From the NCBI GenBank assembly GCA_934130405.1, contig CAKOXX010000004.1, positions 14,153 through 78,152 of the forward strand: a stretch of 64,000 bases of DNA. The letters are read 5' to 3'. Below, one piece after another: positions 1 through 9,965 of the stretch. Every line of letters begins with the position of its first letter. The first letter of the stretch is position 1. The DNA comes from an uncultured Bacilli bacterium (GTDB lineage: Bacteria; Bacillota_I; Bacilli_A; RF39; UBA660). A program made the translations under genes and the position numbers. Below the pieces are notes generated by a model, which was not told the DNA's origin, made no database searches, and saw only the letters and a list, made by a program, of their open reading frames with translations.

Positions 1-1
1 A

Positions 2-1591
2 GCACAAGCTGACAAAGTTTTATATAAAAAAGAAATGCAAAAAACCTTAAAAACTCAAGAGAATTTAGATTTAAAAGAAGGATTCGTTGAGGATTTGATT
101 GTTGAAAATTCAAAAGTCAATGGTGTAGTACTGGCTGATGGAACAAAAATTACTTCATTAGCAGTAATTTTAACAACTGGTACCTATCTAAGAAGTTCTA
201 TCCTAATAGGAAGTAAGAAAAAATCAGAAGGACCACATGGTGAAAAAGAAAGTAAGTTTTTGAGTACCAAATTAAAAGACTTAGGTTTTACAATTAAGAG
301 ATTAAAAACAGGAACTCCCCCAAGAATAGAAAGAAGTAGTATAGATTTCAGTAAAGTTGCAATAGAAAATGGTAGTTCTGAAAATTTAACTTTTTCTTAC
401 GATAATACTGATGCTTTGGCATATCATTATCAAATTCCTTGTCATCTTGTTTATACTAATAGTAAAACTCATAAAATAATTAAAGATCATTTGAAAGAAT
501 CAAGTATGTATGGTGGTTATGTTGAAGGAGTTGGTCCAAGATATTGTCCATCAATTGAAGATAAAGTAGTTAGGTTTCAAGATAAAGAACGTCATCAATT
601 ATTTTTAGAACCAGAAAGTTTATCATATGATGATATATATTTACAAGGCTTTTCGACTAGTATGCCTGAGTATGTCCAAGAGGAAATGGTTCATAGTTTG
701 GAAGGGCTTGAAAATGCTAAAATATTGAGATATGCTTATGCCATTGAATATGATGCTATTGATTCTAAACAAATAAAACGCAGTCTTGAAACAAAATTAA
801 TAGAAGGTCTTTATACAGCAGGTCAAATAAATGGAACAAGTGGCTATGAAGAAGCAGCTGGTCAAGGATTAATGGCGGGAATTAATGCTAGTTTAAAAGT
901 TGAAGGAAAAGAGCCATTAATTTTGAATAGAAGCGAGTCTTACATAGGAGTTTTAATAGATGATTTAGTAACTAAAGGTGTAAAAGATCCATATAGACTT
1001 TTAACTTCGCGTGCAGAGTATAGATTATTGTTAAGAAATGATAATGCTGATTTAAGATTAAGAGAATATGGTCATCAAATTGGACTAGTAGATGATAATA
1101 GATATCAAAAATTTCTTTTAAAAAAGCAACATATTGAGGAAATAATTTCTACACTAAAAGAAATAAAAATAACTCCTACAAAAGAGACTAACACTTTACT
1201 TGAAAATATAGGAACTTCGTCAATTAAAGATGGAATAACGCTTTATGAATTATTAAAAAGACCAGAATTATCATTTATTGATATAGAAAAATTTAAAGAA
1301 TTTCCTTACAGTAAAGCTGAAAAGGAAGAAGTAGAAATAATGATTCAATATGAAGGTTATATCAAAAAACAGGAAAAAGATACAAAAAAATTATTAGATT
1401 TAGAAAAAATTAAAATTCCTGCCAATATTTCTTATGATGATATTAAAAATATTGCAAGTGAAGCACGTGAAAAATTAAAGCAAGTTGAACCGGAGACTTT
1501 AGGTCAAGCTAGTAGAATAAGTGGAGTTAATCCTGCTGATATTGCTATAATAATGGTTTATCTAAAAAAGGGAGAAAGAAAAAATGACTGA
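2..1591 (+). CDS. mnmG: tRNA uridine 5-carboxymethylaminomethyl modification enzyme MnmG (GidA), 5'-truncated by the window edge
   Basis: Frame is open from nt 2 (AQADKVLYKKEM...). MnmG-type motifs LKTGTPPR, GPRYCPSIEDK and TSRAEYRLLLR are present. Followed by rsmG, as in Firmicute origin regions. Confidence 0.95.
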   Translation, partial: AQADKVLYKKEMQKTLKTQENLDLKEGFVEDLIVENSKVNGVVLADGTKITSLAVILTTGTYLRSSILIGSKKKSEGPHGEKESKFLSTKLKDLGFTIKRLKTGTPPRIERSSIDFSKVAIENGSSENLTFSYDNTDALAYHYQIPCHLVYTNSKTHKIIKDHLKESSMYGGYVEGVGPRYCPSIEDKVVRFQDKERHQLFLEPESLSYDDIYLQGFSTSMPEYVQEEMVHSLEGLENAKILRYAYAIEYDAIDSKQIKRSLETKLIEGLYTAGQINGTSGYEEAAGQGLMAGINASLKVEGKEPLILNRSESYIGVLIDDLVTKGVKDPYRLLTSRAEYRLLLRNDNADLRLREYGHQIGLVDDNRYQKFLLKKQHIEEIISTLKEIKITPTKETNTLLENIGTSSIKDGITLYELLKRPELSFIDIEKFKEFPYSKAEKEEVEIMIQYEGYIKKQEKDTKKLLDLEKIKIPANISYDDIKNIASEAREKLKQVEPETLGQASRISGVNPADIAIIMVYLKKGERKND

Positions 1592-2249
1592 GACTGAATT
1601 TATAGAGCAAGTAAAAAAATTAGGACTTTCTCCTACAGATAATCAATTAAAAAAGTTGAATCAGCTTTATGAAATAATGATTGAAGAAAATAAAGTGATG
1701 AATCTAACAAGAATAGTTGAAAAAGAAGATGTGTATTTAAAACATTTTTATGATAGTTTAACTATTACTAAGGTTTGTGACTTTTCTAAAATAGAAACAT
1801 TATGCGATGTAGGAACAGGTGCTGGTTTTCCTGGTTTAGTTTTAAAAATATTTTTTAGTGATGTTAAAATAACTTTAGTTGATGCCCTACAAAAAAGAGT
1901 TAATTATCTAAATAAAGTAATTAATATGTTGGAATTAGAAAAAATTGAAGCCATACATATTAGAGCAGAAGATTTAGCAAAACAAGGATATAGATATGAT
2001 ATAGTAACAGCAAGGGCAGTTGCAAATTTATCAAAACTATTGTCTTGGACTATGCCATTGGTTAAAAAAGATGGTTCCTTCATTGCTATGAAAGGTAACG
2101 TATCAGAGGAATTGACCACTGCTATGCCTATATTTGTAAAGAAAAATTATATATTAGAAAACAAAGTCGAATTTAACTTACCAAAAGATAATGGTACAAG
2201 AACTATTTTAGAAATAAAATATAAAAATAGTAATTCAGTTTATAAATAA
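1584..2249 (+). CDS. rsmG: 16S rRNA (guanine527-N7)-methyltransferase RsmG (GidB)
   Basis: SAM-binding motif DVGTGAGFPG, typical length of 221 aa, 8-nt overlap with mnmG. Confidence 0.93.
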   Translation: MTETEFIEQVKKLGLSPTDNQLKKLNQLYEIMIEENKVMNLTRIVEKEDVYLKHFYDSLTITKVCDFSKIETLCDVGTGAGFPGLVLKIFFSDVKITLVDALQKRVNYLNKVINMLELEKIEAIHIRAEDLAKQGYRYDIVTARAVANLSKLLSWTMPLVKKDGSFIAMKGNVSEELTTAMPIFVKKNYILENKVEFNLPKDNGTRTILEIKYKNSNSVYK

Positions 2250-2356
2250 TAATTAATTATGCTTGAAAATAAATGTAATTAATCGCTAGATTAATTACTA
2301 TTTTGATGTTATAATGATAGCATAGGAAGATTAGAAAGAATAAGTGAGGGATCGTA

Positions 2357-3802
2357 ATGCAGAATAATGAAAATGAAGTTGTTTATTTATACTTAGATGA
2401 TATAATTCCAAATAGATTTCAACCAAGACAAATCTTTGATGAAAGAGCTTTAAAAGAACTAGCAGTTTCTATAAAAGAGCATGGTGTTATTCAACCAATA
2501 ATAGTTCGCAATATTGGAAATAAATATGAAATAATAGCAGGGGAAAGAAGATATAAAGCTAGTGCTTTAGCTGGTCTTACTAAAATACCAGCAATAGTTA
2601 GAAATTTGGACGATAAAGAAAGTAGTAAAGTAGCACTTTTGGAAAATTTACAAAGAAAGAATTTAAATCCAATTGAAGAAGCAAGAACATATCAAAAAAT
2701 ACTAGAACTAGATCAAATGACTCAAGAAGAACTAGCAAAAACAATGGGAAAAAGCCAGAGTGCAGTAGCAAATAAATTAAGACTATTATCCTTATCTGAT
2801 GCTGTTCAAGATGCTTTACTAAAAGAAAAAATATCAGAGCGTCATGCAAGAGCTTTATTATCAGTAGAAGATGTTGAAAAACAGAAACAATTACTTGATA
2901 AGATAATTACTAATAAAATGACAGTTCGTGAATTGGAAGAAGAAATTAATCCAAAACCAAAACAAGAGTTAAATACTGCTGATTTAGAAAAACTTTTAAA
3001 GAAAGAACCAGTTCCTATCAATGAGAATAGTAATAGTATGTTACCAGATTTAAATTTACAACCTACAAATAATGTAAACCAAAATCAATTTTCAGCACCT
3101 ATATCTTCTAATAATCAAACTTCTGAAACAAAACCAACAGATATTGGGATAGATTATAGCACACCACCTAAATTTATAGATTATAGTGATGAAAAGGTAG
3201 AAGATATTCAAGATCCATTGTTAAAGAGTACAGCTAGTTCTGAAATTAACTTAGATGAACTTAGAAACAATGCTCAAGATATTAATATGACAAATAATAC
3301 TTCAATGGCTAATATGGATAGTTTATTAAAGCCAGCACCAAGTACTCCAGACAATAATATTCAAGAACCTACTGGAAACTTTAAATTTTTCCAACCAGAT
3401 ACTGCCTCTTCCGCACCAACTACGGACAGTCAGTCAGCTCTTGACTCATTGTTATTAGCAAAAGATAATTCTACTTCATTGCCAACTACACCAGATGCCT
3501 TGCTAACATCTAATGTTCCAAATACTGAACCACAAGAGCAAAAAATGGATGTTCCATACTTGGATACATACAATAATCCATTTGCACATAATCCTATCTT
3601 TTCTGATGATGTTGAGAAAATTATGGGCAAGAAAATTGAGACAGCTCAAGAAATGCCAAAACTTGATTTTAATGGTTGTTTAAATACAGTACGTGATGCT
3701 GTTAAGAAGATAGAACTTTCAGGATTTAAAGTAGAAAGTGAAGAAATGAATTTTGAAAAGAACTATCAAATAGTTATTAAAATAGCCAAAAAAGAGGAAT
3801 AA
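2357..3802 (+). CDS. noc: ParB-family nucleoid occlusion protein (Noc-like) with a long low-complexity internal insert
   Basis: N-terminal IPNRFQPR box, GERR motif and an HTH region. The C-terminal ~49 aa resemble the Noc C-terminal domain. Position between rsmG and soj matches noc. Confidence 0.8.
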   Translation: MQNNENEVVYLYLDDIIPNRFQPRQIFDERALKELAVSIKEHGVIQPIIVRNIGNKYEIIAGERRYKASALAGLTKIPAIVRNLDDKESSKVALLENLQRKNLNPIEEARTYQKILELDQMTQEELAKTMGKSQSAVANKLRLLSLSDAVQDALLKEKISERHARALLSVEDVEKQKQLLDKIITNKMTVRELEEEINPKPKQELNTADLEKLLKKEPVPINENSNSMLPDLNLQPTNNVNQNQFSAPISSNNQTSETKPTDIGIDYSTPPKFIDYSDEKVEDIQDPLLKSTASSEINLDELRNNAQDINMTNNTSMANMDSLLKPAPSTPDNNIQEPTGNFKFFQPDTASSAPTTDSQSALDSLLLAKDNSTSLPTTPDALLTSNVPNTEPQEQKMDVPYLDTYNNPFAHNPIFSDDVEKIMGKKIETAQEMPKLDFNGCLNTVRDAVKKIELSGFKVESEEMNFEKNYQIVIKIAKKEE

Positions 3803-3902
3803 TCAAAGTAGAGAAATCTACTTTTTTCTCTAAAAATTATTTTCATAGTAAACTATTTTTGATACAATTAAGAAGAGTTATGAGAAGAAGAGAGTGATAA
3901 AA

Positions 3903-4688
3903 ATGGGAAAGGTCATATCATTAGTAAATCAAAAAGGTGGAGTAGGAAAAACTACAACAAGCATTAACCTATCTGCCTCACTTTCTTATTTTGGAAAAAG
4001 AGTTTTATTAATCGATTTGGATCCACAAGGTAATACCACAACTGGTGTAGGAATAAATAAAGGAGATATAAACAATAGCATTTATGATGTTTTAACTGGC
4101 AGATGCGGTTGTTTAGAAGCGATGATTAAAACAAAATATAAGCAATTATATGTGTTACCTGCTACAATTAACTTGGCAGGACTAGATATTGAATTATTAG
4201 AAAAAAGTCAACAAGAACCAGGCTTTGCTAAAGGAGCACAATTAAAACAACATCTAGAAGATATTAAAGATAATTTTGATTTTATTATTATTGATTGTCC
4301 CCCATCTTTAGGACTCATTACTACTAACGCTTTAACAGCAAGCGACTCGGTAATTATTCCAGTCCAATGTGAGTTTTTTGCTCTAGAAGGAATAATGCAA
4401 TTATTAAATACAATAAGGTTAGCTCAGAAACAATTAAATCCTAATCTTGATATAGAAGGAGTCTTATTAACTATGTTAGACTCTAGAACCAATTTAGGAT
4501 TTGAAGTTGTAGAAGATATAAGAAAATTCTTCAAAGAAAAAGTATATAATACTATTATACCAAGATTAATTAGACTTACAGAGGCACCAAGCCATGGTGA
4601 ACCAATAATAGTTTATGATCCTAAAAGTAAAGGAAGCGAAGCTTACTTAAACTTAGCAAAGGAAGTGATTGATAGAAATGGAAACTAA
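3903..4688 (+). CDS. soj: Chromosome partitioning ATPase ParA/Soj
   Basis: Deviant Walker A NQKGGVGKTTT and the ParA-type motif IIIDCPPSLG. ATG at 3903 follows an AAGAGAG ribosome-binding site (the track's GTG at 3894 is less likely). Confidence 0.93.
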   Translation: MGKVISLVNQKGGVGKTTTSINLSASLSYFGKRVLLIDLDPQGNTTTGVGINKGDINNSIYDVLTGRCGCLEAMIKTKYKQLYVLPATINLAGLDIELLEKSQQEPGFAKGAQLKQHLEDIKDNFDFIIIDCPPSLGLITTNALTASDSVIIPVQCEFFALEGIMQLLNTIRLAQKQLNPNLDIEGVLLTMLDSRTNLGFEVVEDIRKFFKEKVYNTIIPRLIRLTEAPSHGEPIIVYDPKSKGSEAYLNLAKEVIDRNGN

Positions 4689-5559
4689 GAGAAGAGCCTT
4701 AGGAAAAGGTTTAGAAGAACTATTCAATACTGAACAAATAGATATTAATAAAGTAGAAGAAAAAATAATAGAAAATACTCCTAAAAATGAAATAGTAGAA
4801 CTTAATTTAGACGATTTACGTAGTAATCCTTATCAGCCAAGAAGAACATTTGATGAAGAAGCATTACAGGAATTGTCTTCATCAATCAAAGAATATGGAG
4901 TTTTTCAACCTATTATAGCTAAAAAAAGTATTAAAGGTTACGAGATAGTAGCAGGAGAACGAAGAGTTCTAGCTAGTAGAATGGCAGGACTAGACAAGAT
5001 ACCTGCTATAGTAAAAGAATTTTCTGATGAAGAAATGATGGAAATAGCTCTTCTAGAAAATTTACAAAGAGAAAACTTAAATGCAATGGAAGAAGCTATG
5101 GCATATAAGAAAATTCAACAATCTTTAAATATAACTCAAGAAGAATTGGCTAAAAAAGTTGGTAAAAGTCGTAGTCATGTAACAAATATGATGGGTTTAC
5201 TTAATTTACCAGAAGAAGTAAAAGATATGATTTTAACAAAAGAAATTTCTATGGGACATGCAAGAATCTTGAGTAAACTAGATGATAAAGAACAAATCAA
5301 AAAGCTTGCTAATGATGTAATAGAAAAGAAATTAAGTGTAAGACAACTAGAAGATATTACAAATTCACCAATAGATTTTCAACGAAAGAAAGAAATTAAG
5401 CGTAAAGAACGAGATGGTTCAGAGTATAGTTATATTGAAAATGCTTTGTGCGATAAACTAGGAACTAAAGTAAGAATCAAGAAAAATAAAGTAGAAATCA
5501 AATTTGAAAATGCTGCTGATTTAACTAGATTATTAGAAATAATGCAACTTGATAAATAA
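4678..5559 (+). CDS. spo0J: Chromosome partitioning protein ParB/Spo0J
   Basis: NPYQPR box, GERR motif, HTH (QEELAKKVGKSRSHVTN). Overlaps the soj stop codon. Confidence 0.92.
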   Translation: METKRRALGKGLEELFNTEQIDINKVEEKIIENTPKNEIVELNLDDLRSNPYQPRRTFDEEALQELSSSIKEYGVFQPIIAKKSIKGYEIVAGERRVLASRMAGLDKIPAIVKEFSDEEMMEIALLENLQRENLNAMEEAMAYKKIQQSLNITQEELAKKVGKSRSHVTNMMGLLNLPEEVKDMILTKEISMGHARILSKLDDKEQIKKLANDVIEKKLSVRQLEDITNSPIDFQRKKEIKRKERDGSEYSYIENALCDKLGTKVRIKKNKVEIKFENAADLTRLLEIMQLDK

Positions 5560-5597
5560 AATTGAAATTTAATAAAAAAATGTGAGGAAGTGAATAA

Positions 5598-6401
5598 ATG
5601 AAAGAATTTTTAGAAACAGATGTTTTTATTTATATATTGAAACCATTGATTTATGTTGGTATCTCATATACCATATACAGATTGATAAATTTTATTTTAC
5701 AGCAAACTCTTATTAAAAATAATGTTTCATCAAAACACAAAAGAAAGCTAGAAACATCAAAAAGTATAATAATAAACTTTGTTAAATATTTAATTATTAT
5801 AATAACAATTCTATCAATTCTTTCAATTTATCATATAGATGTAAGTAAAATATTTGCAGGAATTGGTATTGCAACGGCAGTTTTGTCTTTAGCTTTTCAA
5901 GATATTGCTAAAGATTTTTTGGCAGGTATTGCAATTTTATTAGAAGACCAATTTGAAATAGGTGATAATGTTTCTATAAATGGTTTCCGAGGCGATGTCA
6001 TTGCGATGGGACTAAAGACAACTAGAGTTAAAGACTATAAAGGTGCAGTTAAAATTATTTCTAACCATACTATTAATGAAGTAATTAATTACAGTTTAAA
6101 TCCCTCTTTAGCAGTTGTAGATATTTCTGTAAGTTACGAAAGCAACTTAAATGAAGTTGAAGAAGTAATAAATAAAACTATGGAGACAATAAATAAAACA
6201 TATGATAATTTGAAAGGAAAATGTGAACTATGGGGAGTGGAAAAGTTAGATGACTCTGCTGTAGTTTATAGAATAGTTCTAAAAACTAGGTCAAATAAAA
6301 ATTTTGCAGTAGAAAGAAAAATGAAAAAAGACTTTAAATTAGCTTTAGATGAAGCTGGAATAAAGATACCATACCCACAAATAGAGGTGCACAATGAATA
6401 A
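5598..6401 (+). CDS. Small-conductance mechanosensitive channel (MscS family)
   Basis: Three N-terminal TM helices, then the MscS beta-domain signature FEIGDNVSINGFRGDVIAMGLKTTRVKD...ISNHTI. Confidence 0.82.
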   Translation: MKEFLETDVFIYILKPLIYVGISYTIYRLINFILQQTLIKNNVSSKHKRKLETSKSIIINFVKYLIIIITILSILSIYHIDVSKIFAGIGIATAVLSLAFQDIAKDFLAGIAILLEDQFEIGDNVSINGFRGDVIAMGLKTTRVKDYKGAVKIISNHTINEVINYSLNPSLAVVDISVSYESNLNEVEEVINKTMETINKTYDNLKGKCELWGVEKLDDSAVVYRIVLKTRSNKNFAVERKMKKDFKLALDEAGIKIPYPQIEVHNE

Positions 6402-6591
6402 CAATTATGAAATTGGTACTAAATTAGTTTTGAAGAAAGGTCATCCTTGTGGAGCGAATGAATGGGAAGTTGTTCGACTTGGAGTTGATATTAAATTAAA
6501 ATGCTGTAATTGTGGTAGAACTGTATTAATACCTAGAATAGAACTTAATAAAAAGATTAAGAAAGTAAAAGAGGAAAATAATGAAGGATAA
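6394..6591 (+). CDS. DUF951 family small protein (YyzM-like)
   Basis: 65 aa with HPCG...CxxCG zinc-ribbon-like pattern. Syntenic with yyzM upstream of ychF. Overlaps both neighbouring genes. Confidence 0.72.
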   Translation: MNNNYEIGTKLVLKKGHPCGANEWEVVRLGVDIKLKCCNCGRTVLIPRIELNKKIKKVKEENNEG

Positions 6592-8176
6592 GAAAAAACT
6601 GAAACTTAAAAAATTTTATTTTCATCCTATCACAGTCTTCATTTTTTTAACTGTAATAACAATATTACTTAGTGCTATTTTGTCAGCTTTGCAAATGCAA
6701 GGCACATATAGCAAAGTAAATACAGCAAATTATGAGCTTGAAAGTGTTTTAGTCACTGTTAAAAATATGTTAACGTTTGATGGAATGAAGTTTATATTTA
6801 GTAATGCTTTACGTAACTTTTTATCTTTTGCACCATTTGGTATGCTAATTCTTACATTAATTGGTTTATCAGTATCTCAATCAACAGGATTTCTTGATAC
6901 ATTTATTGAACGAAAGGTAAAAAAAGTTGATAAGAGAATTGTTACTTTTATAATTATCTTCTTAGCTACAGTCTCATCTTTAATAAATGATATAGGCTAT
7001 GTCTTATTAATACCGTTAGCTGCAATAATATTTAAAGCAAATAATCGAAATCCATTTGCAGGAATAGTAGCAGCATTTTGTGGAGTAAGCTTTGGTTCAG
7101 CAATAAGTTTATTTGTTGGTTCAACTGAAGTCAATTTAATTCCTTCTACGACGTCAGCAGCTAGATTAATTGATCAGAACATTCATATAAGTCTAACTTC
7201 AAATTTATTTATAATAGTAGCGTTTTCGGTAATACTTTCTATTATAGGAACAATTATTGTAGAAAATATTGTAGTAAAACGTCTTGGCAGATATAAAGAT
7301 AATCAAGATGAAACAAAAACCGAAGAACTTGAAATTTTAGATGAAGAAGAAATAGAACAAGAAAGAATTTCTAAAGATAAAAAGGAAAAAATTGGTCTTA
7401 GATATGCTTTAATAACAGGAATTATTGTTGTAATAGCTTTCATTTATATGATAATACCAAATTTACCATCAAGTGGAATGCTTCTTGATATGAGTGAAGA
7501 TACATATCTTGGTCAACTATTTGGTACAAATTCTTATTTTCAGGATGGATTTACTTATATGGTAAGTTTATTGTTTATTTTGACAAGTATAGCATATGGT
7601 CTTGGTGCAAAAACAATAAAAAATGATAAGAATTTAATATATGGTTGTGAAAAAATGTTTTCTTCTAGTGCTGAGATGGTGATGCTTTTATTTGTAGCTA
7701 GTCAGTTTATCTCAGTATTTAAAGAGACAAATATTGGGACAATTATTGCAACTTGGGGTGCTAATATTTTAGGAAGTGTATCTTTCACTGGTTTTCCGTT
7801 GATAATCTTTTCTCTGATATTAATTGCTATTGCAAATTTATTTGTCACAACTCCGTCAAGTAAATGGCAAATTTTTGCTCCAGTTATGGTACCAGCAATG
7901 ATGCAAGCTAATATTTCACCACAGTTTGCACAATTTATATTAAGAGCAGGAAGTTCTATGACAGCTGGTATTACTCCATTATTGGCTTCGTTTGCTATTT
8001 ATATAGGTTACTTAAATATCTATAATAAGGACAAATCAAAACCAATAACAATTCATCAAGCAATTGCTTATATAATGCCATATTTTACAATAATATCAAT
8101 TTCTTGGATTTTACTAACAGTTGGTTGGTATTTAATAGGTTTACCAATAGGACCATCAGTGTATCCAACGCTATAA
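6581..8176 (+). CDS. AbgT-family transporter (p-aminobenzoyl-glutamate / antimetabolite efflux type)
   Basis: 531-aa polytopic membrane protein. Its N-terminal region and overall layout resemble AbgT/MtrF. The family call is from recall only. Confidence 0.62.
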   Translation: MKDKKKLKLKKFYFHPITVFIFLTVITILLSAILSALQMQGTYSKVNTANYELESVLVTVKNMLTFDGMKFIFSNALRNFLSFAPFGMLILTLIGLSVSQSTGFLDTFIERKVKKVDKRIVTFIIIFLATVSSLINDIGYVLLIPLAAIIFKANNRNPFAGIVAAFCGVSFGSAISLFVGSTEVNLIPSTTSAARLIDQNIHISLTSNLFIIVAFSVILSIIGTIIVENIVVKRLGRYKDNQDETKTEELEILDEEEIEQERISKDKKEKIGLRYALITGIIVVIAFIYMIIPNLPSSGMLLDMSEDTYLGQLFGTNSYFQDGFTYMVSLLFILTSIAYGLGAKTIKNDKNLIYGCEKMFSSSAEMVMLLFVASQFISVFKETNIGTIIATWGANILGSVSFTGFPLIIFSLILIAIANLFVTTPSSKWQIFAPVMVPAMMQANISPQFAQFILRAGSSMTAGITPLLASFAIYIGYLNIYNKDKSKPITIHQAIAYIMPYFTIISISWILLTVGWYLIGLPIGPSVYPTL

Positions 8177-8268
8177 TTTTGACATTTTATATTAATTAGA
8201 TTAAAATAAAAAAGAAAATAAAAGAAAATTATAATATTTTCTTTTTAATTTTGGAAGGAGTTTTATTT

Positions 8269-9369
8269 ATGAGTTTAAAAGCAGGAATCATAGGATTACC
8301 AAATGTAGGAAAAAGTACCTTATTTAATGCAATTACTAATCAACACATCTTAGCAGAAAATTATCCTTTTGCTACTATTGATCCAAATGTTGGAGTAGTT
8401 AATGTTAAAGACATTCGCTTAGATAAATTAACAGAAATGTATGAGCCCAAAAAAACAATACCAACGAGCTATGAATTTACTGATATAGCAGGACTTGTTA
8501 GAGGTGCTAGTAAAGGTGAGGGACTTGGCAATAAATTTTTGTCGCATATAAGAGAAACAGATGCTATTGTAGAAGTAGTAAGATGTTTTGACAACGGAAA
8601 AATAATTCATGTTGATGGAAATGTTGATCCAATAAGAGACTTAGAAACTATTAATTTAGAGTTAATTATTAGTGACTTAGAAATGGTAACTAATCGTCTA
8701 GGAAAAATTAGTAAAAGGGCATTAATGAGTAAGGACAAACAAGAGAAATTAGAATATGAGTTACTTGAAAAAATCAAAACAACACTAGAAGCCAGCCAGC
8801 CAATAAGACATATGGATTTTAAAGATGATGAACTGAAATTATTAAAATCTTATAATTTTTTGACAATAAAACCTATTATTTATGTTGCAAATATAGATGA
8901 AGGTATGATTGGACTAGAAGATAATAATTACGTAAAAGAAGTTAAAGAATATGCTAGGAAAGAAAATGCTTCTGTAGTTGTGTTATGTGCAAAAATAGAA
9001 GAAGAACTAAGCGAACTAAGTGATTCAGATAAAAAAGATATGTTAGAAGCACTGGGGATGGAAAAAAGTGGCCTTGAGCAATTAATTTCGACTACTTATG
9101 ATTTACTAGGTTTAGCTACTTATTTTACTGTTGGAAAAGATGAAGTTCGTGCTTGGACTTTTAAAAAAGGAATGAATGCTAAAAAATGTGCTGGTATCAT
9201 TCATACAGATTTCGAAAAAGGTTTTATTAAAGCAGAGGTTATTAGTTATGCCGATTTAATGAAATTTGGTAGTGAATTAAAAACTAGAGAAGCTGGAAGA
9301 GCAAGAATAGAAGGTAAAGATTACATAATGCAAGATGGAGATATTTGTCATTTTAGATTTAATAATTAA
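8269..9369 (+). CDS. ychF: Ribosome-binding ATPase YchF
   Basis: G1 motif GLPNVGKST, central coiled-coil insert and C-terminal TGS-like domain. ATG at 8269 follows GGAGG. Confidence 0.95.
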   Translation: MSLKAGIIGLPNVGKSTLFNAITNQHILAENYPFATIDPNVGVVNVKDIRLDKLTEMYEPKKTIPTSYEFTDIAGLVRGASKGEGLGNKFLSHIRETDAIVEVVRCFDNGKIIHVDGNVDPIRDLETINLELIISDLEMVTNRLGKISKRALMSKDKQEKLEYELLEKIKTTLEASQPIRHMDFKDDELKLLKSYNFLTIKPIIYVANIDEGMIGLEDNNYVKEVKEYARKENASVVVLCAKIEEELSELSDSDKKDMLEALGMEKSGLEQLISTTYDLLGLATYFTVGKDEVRAWTFKKGMNAKKCAGIIHTDFEKGFIKAEVISYADLMKFGSELKTREAGRARIEGKDYIMQDGDICHFRFNN

Positions 9370-9565
9370 TATGAAAGCTTTATTTACTGTATATAATTAT
9401 TATGTAGACACTAGCAATTATTTAAAAAAATATATGTAAAAAAGTAAGAAATATAGGGCACCATCTGTCCGAATTTAAGCCTGTGGAGAAAAAAATTCTA
9501 TGAAGCAGGAAGAATATATAAGCAGTGACTATACATATTTCTAAGTAAAAAAACGTGTATTAGTC

Positions 9566-9594
9566 TAGACATATGCTTTATGTTCTGTTATAAT
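9566..9594 (+). promoter_or_regulatory. Sigma-A-type promoter of the rpsF-ssb-rpsR operon
   Basis: TAGACA, 17 nt, TATAAT. The ~65-nt leader contains hairpins (GAGTATTT/AAATACTC; CTAA/TTAG). It could correspond to the described S6:S18-binding rpsF leader, but I cannot verify that. Confidence 0.6.
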
Positions 9595-9663
9595 ACAGTC
9601 GAGTATTTAAAATACTCCTTATCTAATAAAAGTTAGATCATATGTCCAAAAGGAGGTGTAATA

Positions 9664-9951
9664 ATGAATAAGTACGAAATTATGTTTATTGTTAAACCGG
9701 ATTTAGAAGAGACTGCAATTAAAAAAGAAGCAGATAGTCTAAAAAAAGTGTTAACAAACTTAGAAGCTAAATTTGTTGAGGAAAAAGCAATGGGACAAAG
9801 AGAATTAGCTTATGAAATTAAGAAATATAAGAATGGTTATTATTTCCTATTTGTAGTAGAAGCTTCGCACGAAGCTGTAAAAGAATTTGACCGTTTAGCT
9901 GGTATCAACGAAAATATTTTACGTCATTTGATTATTCGTAAAGAAGACTAG
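9664..9951 (+). CDS. rpsF: 30S ribosomal protein S6
   Basis: MNKYEIMFIVKPDLEE... is a typical S6 N-terminus. Part of the rpsF-ssb-rpsR operon. Confidence 0.97.
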   Translation: MNKYEIMFIVKPDLEETAIKKEADSLKKVLTNLEAKFVEEKAMGQRELAYEIKKYKNGYYFLFVVEASHEAVKEFDRLAGINENILRHLIIRKED

Positions 9952-9965
9952 AAAAAGAGGTAACT

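Noticed and set aside
9440-9530. GAAGCAGGAAG-containing segment superficially reminiscent of SRP RNA domain IV
   Set aside because: It has no GNRA-capped helix with the conserved symmetric and asymmetric loop sequences, and the surrounding pairing is weak. I cannot support an RNA gene call.
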